Positions 59,719 to 64,000 of a stretch of 64,000 nt of DNA are shown here, one piece after another (position 1 is the stretch's first letter; each line of letters begins with the position of its first letter). Made by a program: the position numbers and the translations under genes. The stretch is taken from sequence record PQ850614.1; one strand, written 5' to 3'. The notes under the pieces are model-generated. The model ran no database searches. It had not been told where the DNA came from and was given only the letters and a program-made list of their open reading frames with translations. The stretch comes from Escherichia phage LorandFenyves_Bas91.

Positions 59719-60186
59719 TTACTCTATCTTAACTGAAGGACAATACTTCTCTTTCTTGCTGCGATACATAACAACAATCCAGTTTGAATCACGACGCTCT
59801 TTCTTACGTCGTTTCTTTTCAGCACGAGTTTCATATGTGCTAGTTCGGTGGTCACGGTATATTCCACGAAGTTCATAAAATGCCCAACCACCACCAAACA
59901 CTACACCAGCCAAAGCAGCCAAAGATGAGGCACCAAGAGCAGGGGCAGCGAACCATGTCCACCAGTCAAAGGTTGACACGTCGTTGTGCCCGAGGAGTGT
60001 CCCACCTACTCCAGTAAGTGCCGCACATATAACAGATAAGAATCCAGACAGTATAACAAAACGCAAAACTGTTCGCCAGAAGTATTCACAAAAGTTAGTC
60101 ATGTTGTCCCAATAGGAATCAGAGAGACTTGACGTAGCTTTGTTGAATCTGTGCAACCATCCGTTCTTATTAACCTTAATCATCAT
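59719..60186 (-). CDS. membrane protein
   Basis: Two or three hydrophobic helices and a basic C-terminal tail. Confidence 0.5.
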   Translation of the reverse strand: MMIKVNKNGWLHRFNKATSSLSDSYWDNMTNFCEYFWRTVLRFVILSGFLSVICAALTGVGGTLLGHNDVSTFDWWTWFAAPALGASSLAALAGVVFGGGWAFYELRGIYRDHRTSTYETRAEKKRRKKERRDSNWIVVMYRSKKEKYCPSVKIE

Positions 60187-60416
60187 TCGCCTTTCTTAGC
60201 ACGATCTTTGGCAGTTTTACCGGTGCGAATGCGATGGGAAACGTTAACCAGAGTGCCACCATCAACTACGGTAACGCTCTTGTTTTTAGCCAGATCGAAC
60301 ACAGTTTTCTCCGTGCCACCCAAGCGAATTTGCTTAGGCTCACTGAAGGTTTGGGTTGATTTGGATTGGAACTGGAACGGTTGACGGATTGCATCAATTG
60401 CACTTACTTTAGACAT
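60183..60416 (-). CDS. hypothetical protein
   Basis: 77 aa ORF with AAGGAA RBS. Confidence 0.45.
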   Translation of the reverse strand: MSKVSAIDAIRQPFQFQSKSTQTFSEPKQIRLGGTEKTVFDLAKNKSVTVVDGGTLVNVSHRIRTGKTAKDRAKKGE

Positions 60417-60430
60417 AGGGGAAATTCCTT

Positions 60431-60466
60431 AAAAAGTCATGGCTGCGTAGAGGGAATTCCCTACGC
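60431..60466 (-). terminator. hairpin plus U-tract immediately upstream of a gene RBS
   Basis: Minus strand GCGTAGGG-AATT-CCCTCTACGC (about 8 bp stem with one bulge) followed by CTTTTT. Confidence 0.45.
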
Positions 60467-60635
60467 AAATTGGGCCGCCCACAGAGAGGCGTCATAGTAC
60501 TAAAAGGAGGAGAGAAGAGGGCTTATTTAGCTACCTTTTTCTGTCCGTTTACGAACCAGATAATTGAACCGTCAGGCTGTCGTTGACCGAAGCCTTTCTG
60601 GTTAATCATATCGTCATAAGAATATGCTTTACGTC

Positions 60636-60896
60636 TCATTTGTTTTCCTGTGGAGTTAAGATAATTTCAGCTTTACTAAACTTCTCACCAACAACCATAT
60701 CACCAGAGATGACACGCAGTTCTCCAGTGCCTAAGTTAACAGCTCCAGCAGGTTGACAGCCCCTGCTCTTAGCTGTAAGCATATAAATCTTTTGATCCTT
60801 ACATTCTTGGAGTGTGAATACGTCAGCCATGCTTAGGTCTTTAACATGGAGGATTATTTCCTCCTTGCTTTTAACTTTAATGTGAATAGTGCTCAT
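60636..60896 (-). CDS. hypothetical early protein
   Basis: 86 aa ORF. Confidence 0.45.
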   Translation of the reverse strand: MSTIHIKVKSKEEIILHVKDLSMADVFTLQECKDQKIYMLTAKSRGCQPAGAVNLGTGELRVISGDMVVGEKFSKAEIILTPQENK

Positions 60897-60898
60897 GA

Positions 60899-61144
60899 TT
60901 ACTCCTGAACCACTGACATACGAATCACTTCAACTGGGGCATCACTTTTCATAACACCTAATACACCAGTAAGAAGATTAACTGTCGTAATCCAACCATC
61001 TTCTACAGAGATTTTGTTGGACACATTATTGACACGGATGTAATACTGAGGGGATGCCGTTCCTCTCTGAACTACGAAAGGGTTTCCGGGAATAATTGTA
61101 GCCAGTGAAACCGTGTTATCTTTAATCTTTGGGATGATCTTCAT
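60899..61144 (-). CDS. hypothetical early protein
   Basis: 81 aa ORF. Confidence 0.45.
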   Translation of the reverse strand: MKIIPKIKDNTVSLATIIPGNPFVVQRGTASPQYYIRVNNVSNKISVEDGWITTVNLLTGVLGVMKSDAPVEVIRMSVVQE

Positions 61145-61395
61145 TTAGAGTCCTTAATAACGTTAGCTTCAACCTTAACAGGAATAACAGAGATACCCTC
61201 TACCGGAGCACTTAGGAATCCATCTTCTAGATTGACACACACAACTCGATCTCGTGCAACTTCTACCCAATCAGTGCATTCCGCAGTACAAACCATATGC
61301 ACTACACCGTCTTCTTTCAATCTAAAGGTATCACCCTTCTTCAGAGTGCGGAGCTTTGCCGTCTTGATGGTTTTGTTCAACTCGTTAACTTTCAT
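61141..61395 (-). CDS. hypothetical early protein
   Basis: 84 aa ORF. Confidence 0.45.
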   Translation of the reverse strand: MKVNELNKTIKTAKLRTLKKGDTFRLKEDGVVHMVCTAECTDWVEVARDRVVCVNLEDGFLSAPVEGISVIPVKVEANVIKDSK

Positions 61396-61403
61396 ATTGA
61401 TTC

Positions 61404-61715
61404 CTATTTAAGTTTGAGGCTAATATTAAGGTGCATACATGCCCTGTTCTGTACAGCAGCATAACTTCTACCGAGCATGTCAGCCATTCTCTGAATAGAC
61501 ATGAACCCAGCATTACGGATAAGGAACTGGTCTTCTTCTTCAGACCACTTAACTCGGATTGAAGCTCTTGATATTCCGAACTTAGTGCAAGCTGTGTTAA
61601 CAGCATTCTCCGTTACATTCATAATCTGAGCAACTTCTTGAACCGAGTACTCTTTGATCAATCTCCGAAGATTTTCAATCTGCATCGGAGTCCATATAGT
61701 TCTTCGTGCTTTCAT
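61404..61715 (-). CDS. tandem helix-turn-helix DNA-binding protein (putative transcription regulator)
   Basis: Trimmed to the internal ATG (MKARRTIW) with GGAGGA RBS; two related repeats W(T/S)..E...L......S..E.A..M..T..AV. Confidence 0.5.
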   Translation of the reverse strand: MKARRTIWTPMQIENLRRLIKEYSVQEVAQIMNVTENAVNTACTKFGISRASIRVKWSEEEDQFLIRNAGFMSIQRMADMLGRSYAAVQNRACMHLNISLKLK

Positions 61716-62005
61716 ACATCCTCCAATTAAACATTTATATAAGACTTGCTTAGATAAAGATTCAATAAAATAGGGGGAGGGGACGAATCCTCCCATATCC
61801 TATTAATTAAGTTTGCATGTAAGATCTAACAATCGGTTGCCTTTGTAGGAATAGGTGTAAAGCCAATCCAGCACTAAACTCCCGCCCCCTTAGTGGGCTG
61901 GGTTATTAAAGGGTAACGCCCTTATGGGCTAGTTACATGAATGTTAGTTTGATAGGAGATCTGAAGTCCTATCTCAAAGGACTCTCGTAAGAATCCTTCA
62001 CGATA

Positions 62006-62137
62006 TTACTTATTCATTTTTCGTCGGCTATCTCTCCAAGCCAACCAAGTGTAGGTTTTCAACTCTTCTAAACTTTCTGGAGTGAATAGGTATTCTTTGA
62101 AGGTGTCACTAAACCACTCTAAAAATTCTTCAGTCAT
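62006..62137 (-). CDS. small hypothetical protein (43 aa)
   Basis: Not in the ORF track; weak RBS. Confidence 0.25.
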   Translation of the reverse strand: MTEEFLEWFSDTFKEYLFTPESLEELKTYTWLAWRDSRRKMNK

Positions 62138-62146
62138 AATAACATC

Positions 62147-62392
62147 TCATTTCTTAGGTAGAATAATATCCCACAGCCATGCCCACAAAATAAGTGATAT
62201 AAAAATCACAGCAATGATGGGCCATAGAAAAACTATAATTGCTATCTTTGATAAGTTTGGTTCGTTATCCCACCCTCTGAACTCGATACTGCCCTTTACA
62301 TCAAGATATCTTACCAGAGCTGAAACTATCACAATACCTATCAGGTAAACAATCAAGACACTAACAGGACTGATCACAAGGTTGATCTCCAC
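62147..62392 (-). CDS. small membrane protein
   Basis: Two hydrophobic helices; start codon uncertain. Confidence 0.45.
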   Translation of the reverse strand: MEINLVISPVSVLIVYLIGIVIVSALVRYLDVKGSIEFRGWDNEPNLSKIAIIVFLWPIIAVIFISLILWAWLWDIILPKK

Positions 62393-62534
62393 ATGTTTTA
62401 CAAATCACTGGTGAATAACTACAGGCAGGATATACTGACACACCATCAAACGTTTCACACCTACAATCAGGGCACTCACCATTGGATTCCATGTCATCAT
62501 CATCATACACTTCTCCACCACCATAACAGCTCAT
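62361..62534 (-). CDS. small Cys-rich acidic protein (57 aa)
   Basis: Not in the ORF track; GGAG RBS 5 nt upstream of ATG; CPDCRC...CKTCGDQPCDQSC. Confidence 0.4.
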   Translation of the reverse strand: MSCYGGGEVYDDDDMESNGECPDCRCETFDGVSVYPACSYSPVICKTCGDQPCDQSC

Positions 62535-62543
62535 ATGAACTCC

Positions 62544-62765
62544 TTAGTAAACTAAACCTATAGCCTTTGCATCAGGCTGAGGGACTACTTTTGCACTAGG
62601 GCGATAGCCATCCACTGAGCCATTCCAAAGATTGACACAGGTGATATACCCATCGTTCAAGTAGTCTGTTTTAATCCAGAAGTGTTTATCATGACCAAAA
62701 ATACTTCCGTTTGGCAGAGTGGACAGCTCAACGGTTTTAAGCGACTGCTTAGAGTCTAGTTTCAT
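62544..62765 (-). CDS. hypothetical early protein
   Basis: 73 aa ORF. Confidence 0.45.
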   Translation of the reverse strand: MKLDSKQSLKTVELSTLPNGSIFGHDKHFWIKTDYLNDGYITCVNLWNGSVDGYRPSAKVVPQPDAKAIGLVY

Positions 62766-62772
62766 AATAACC

Positions 62773-63021
62773 TCAATTATCGTAGCATGTATTCCAATAC
62801 ATGTAGTTAACGTACGTTCTCGGTTTGATTCCGTACATGATGAAGTGAGTCTTCTTAATCCTTTCCTTCAGCGTGTAATAAAGGCCATCACTGAAGTTAC
62901 CAATCTTTACTTGGAAGCGTAAGGAGCGAGCATCCATTCGAAGCATAGAGATTAGCTGTACCCTACTACCTCCAGCCATCTCTTCAAGAAGCTTCTTTGT
63001 ATTCCAATAATGAGCTGTCAT
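62773..63021 (-). CDS. hypothetical early protein
   Basis: 82 aa ORF. Confidence 0.45.
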   Translation of the reverse strand: MTAHYWNTKKLLEEMAGGSRVQLISMLRMDARSLRFQVKIGNFSDGLYYTLKERIKKTHFIMYGIKPRTYVNYMYWNTCYDN

Positions 63022-63022
63022 A

Positions 63023-63304
63023 TTACCACTCCTTACCGGTTGTTGTTACAGAACCACCACACCACTGCGCATCGGATAAGGTTTTAGTCTCCTCATCTAC
63101 TGCTGCACCATTCAGGCATGAGATACCACTGTAACGCATATCAATTTCACCAGAAGGAACCTTCTCGCCCTTATGCCAGCGAGAAACACAAACACCTTCC
63201 ACTGCTACTGCACACCATCCATCAGGACGGCTCTGTACGCAGCCTGTAAGGGCCACACAGACAAGGAAGATACAGATTAAGGATATTACACCACCCCAAC
63301 TCAT
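63023..63304 (-). CDS. small lipoprotein (possible superinfection-exclusion or receptor-masking protein)
   Basis: Signal peptide with lipobox LTGC; AGGAGG RBS; 93 aa Cys-rich mature part. Confidence 0.55.
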   Translation of the reverse strand: MSWGGVISLICIFLVCVALTGCVQSRPDGWCAVAVEGVCVSRWHKGEKVPSGEIDMRYSGISCLNGAAVDEETKTLSDAQWCGGSVTTTGKEW

Positions 63305-63449
63305 AACTACCTCCTATTTGATTTGGTGGACTATCTGGAATCGAACCAGAAGCTCACTAAGAAAGTAATTCCCACTGTTATAAAAGCACTTGCCTCAACA
63401 GGGATACACTAACTCTGGTGCCGTACCCATACTAGCCCTTGTTTAAAAT

Positions 63450-63525
63450 TGGTCGGGACGGAAGGATTCGAACCCTCGTAAGGCGAGTTAGAAGCTCGCT
63501 GCCTGTTCCACTAGACTACGCCCCG
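63450..63525 (-). tRNA. tRNA-Arg (anticodon UCU), CCA encoded
   Basis: Hand-folded cloverleaf: acceptor CGGGGCG/CGTCCCG, D-arm GTCT-AGTGGAAC-AGGC, anticodon arm GCGAG-CTTCTAA-CTCGC, variable CTTAC, T-arm GAGGG-TTCGAAT-CCTTC, discriminator A, CCA. Confidence 0.8.
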
Positions 63526-63938
63526 ATAGATTTGAAACCGTTATACTTACCTGCACATGATCTGTTACAAAAAGAATTTGCATATTTAACATTTCGCTTT
63601 TCTTTTTCAAAAGATCTTCCACAATAAGAGCAAACAACTGAAATCATTGTTCTTCCAGTAGTTGCTTCTAATGTTGACTTCTTTCTGTGATTTTCTATGG
63701 AAAGTATCTGAAGATTAGATATGTCATCATTAGTTTTATTTCTGTCAATATGATCAACCTCCTCGTCTTCAGTTAGGTACCTGCCTATGTGACAAGACAT
63801 TAAATATCTTGCGTAAGAAATGGTTGTCCTCTCCGTGTCGGTATTATACAAATCAACACGCTTCCTACCATCTCTGCTTGTTCTTAAGTAGCCCAATCGC
63901 CAGTCATTAACGAAGGGGTATTCTAACTCTATCTTCAA
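63516..63938 (-). CDS. HNH homing endonuclease
   Basis: EVDHIDRNKTNDDISNLQIL HNH core plus C-terminal Cys-rich zinc-binding region; its last codons overlap the tRNA 5' end. Confidence 0.65.
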   Translation of the reverse strand: MKIELEYPFVNDWRLGYLRTSRDGRKRVDLYNTDTERTTISYARYLMSCHIGRYLTEDEEVDHIDRNKTNDDISNLQILSIENHRKKSTLEATTGRTMISVVCSYCGRSFEKEKRNVKYANSFCNRSCAGKYNGFKSIGA

Positions 63939-64000
63939 AACCCCTCCATTGAGCTAAGGGTGCTGAGTTTGTTTAACTAAAGATACGCAAGGCCACATCG

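Noticed and set aside
62082-62348. Plus-strand 88-aa ORF in the leftward early region
   Set aside because: It overlaps the minus-strand membrane-protein ORF and the small minus-strand ORF, all neighbouring genes are minus-strand, and no RBS is present.
63326-63400. Possible second tRNA on the minus strand, suggested by a perfect T-arm GGTTCGATTCC and terminal CCACCA
   Set aside because: No acceptor stem complementary to the 3' strand and no anticodon or D stem could be built in any register, and a 115-nt alternative is too long; treated as a remnant or chance motif rather than a tRNA gene.

Overview
This window is a contiguous piece of a lytic double-stranded DNA phage genome with enterobacterial-style ribosome-binding sites and compact, translationally coupled genes. 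Gene content and order resemble a phiEco32-like podophage, but that assignment is from memory and not verified. Positions 1-28233 are a rightward structural operon: large terminase, portal, scaffold, major capsid with a -1 frameshift Ig-like extension, tail fibres, lysozyme, a lytic transglycosylase and large internal virion proteins. Positions 28300-64000 are transcribed leftward and carry replication and nucleotide-metabolism genes, a phage sigma factor, spanins, homing endonucleases, a tRNA-Arg(UCU), and many small early proteins. The most striking feature is a roughly 9.5 kb cluster of amide-bond-forming enzymes (49382-58963) whose class-II glutamine amidotransferase has no canonical start codon. 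No CRISPR array, rRNA, integrase or repressor was seen. All protein calls come from motif recognition by eye on the supplied translations; no database search or RNA folding was run, and hand-derived coordinates may be off by 1-2 nt.
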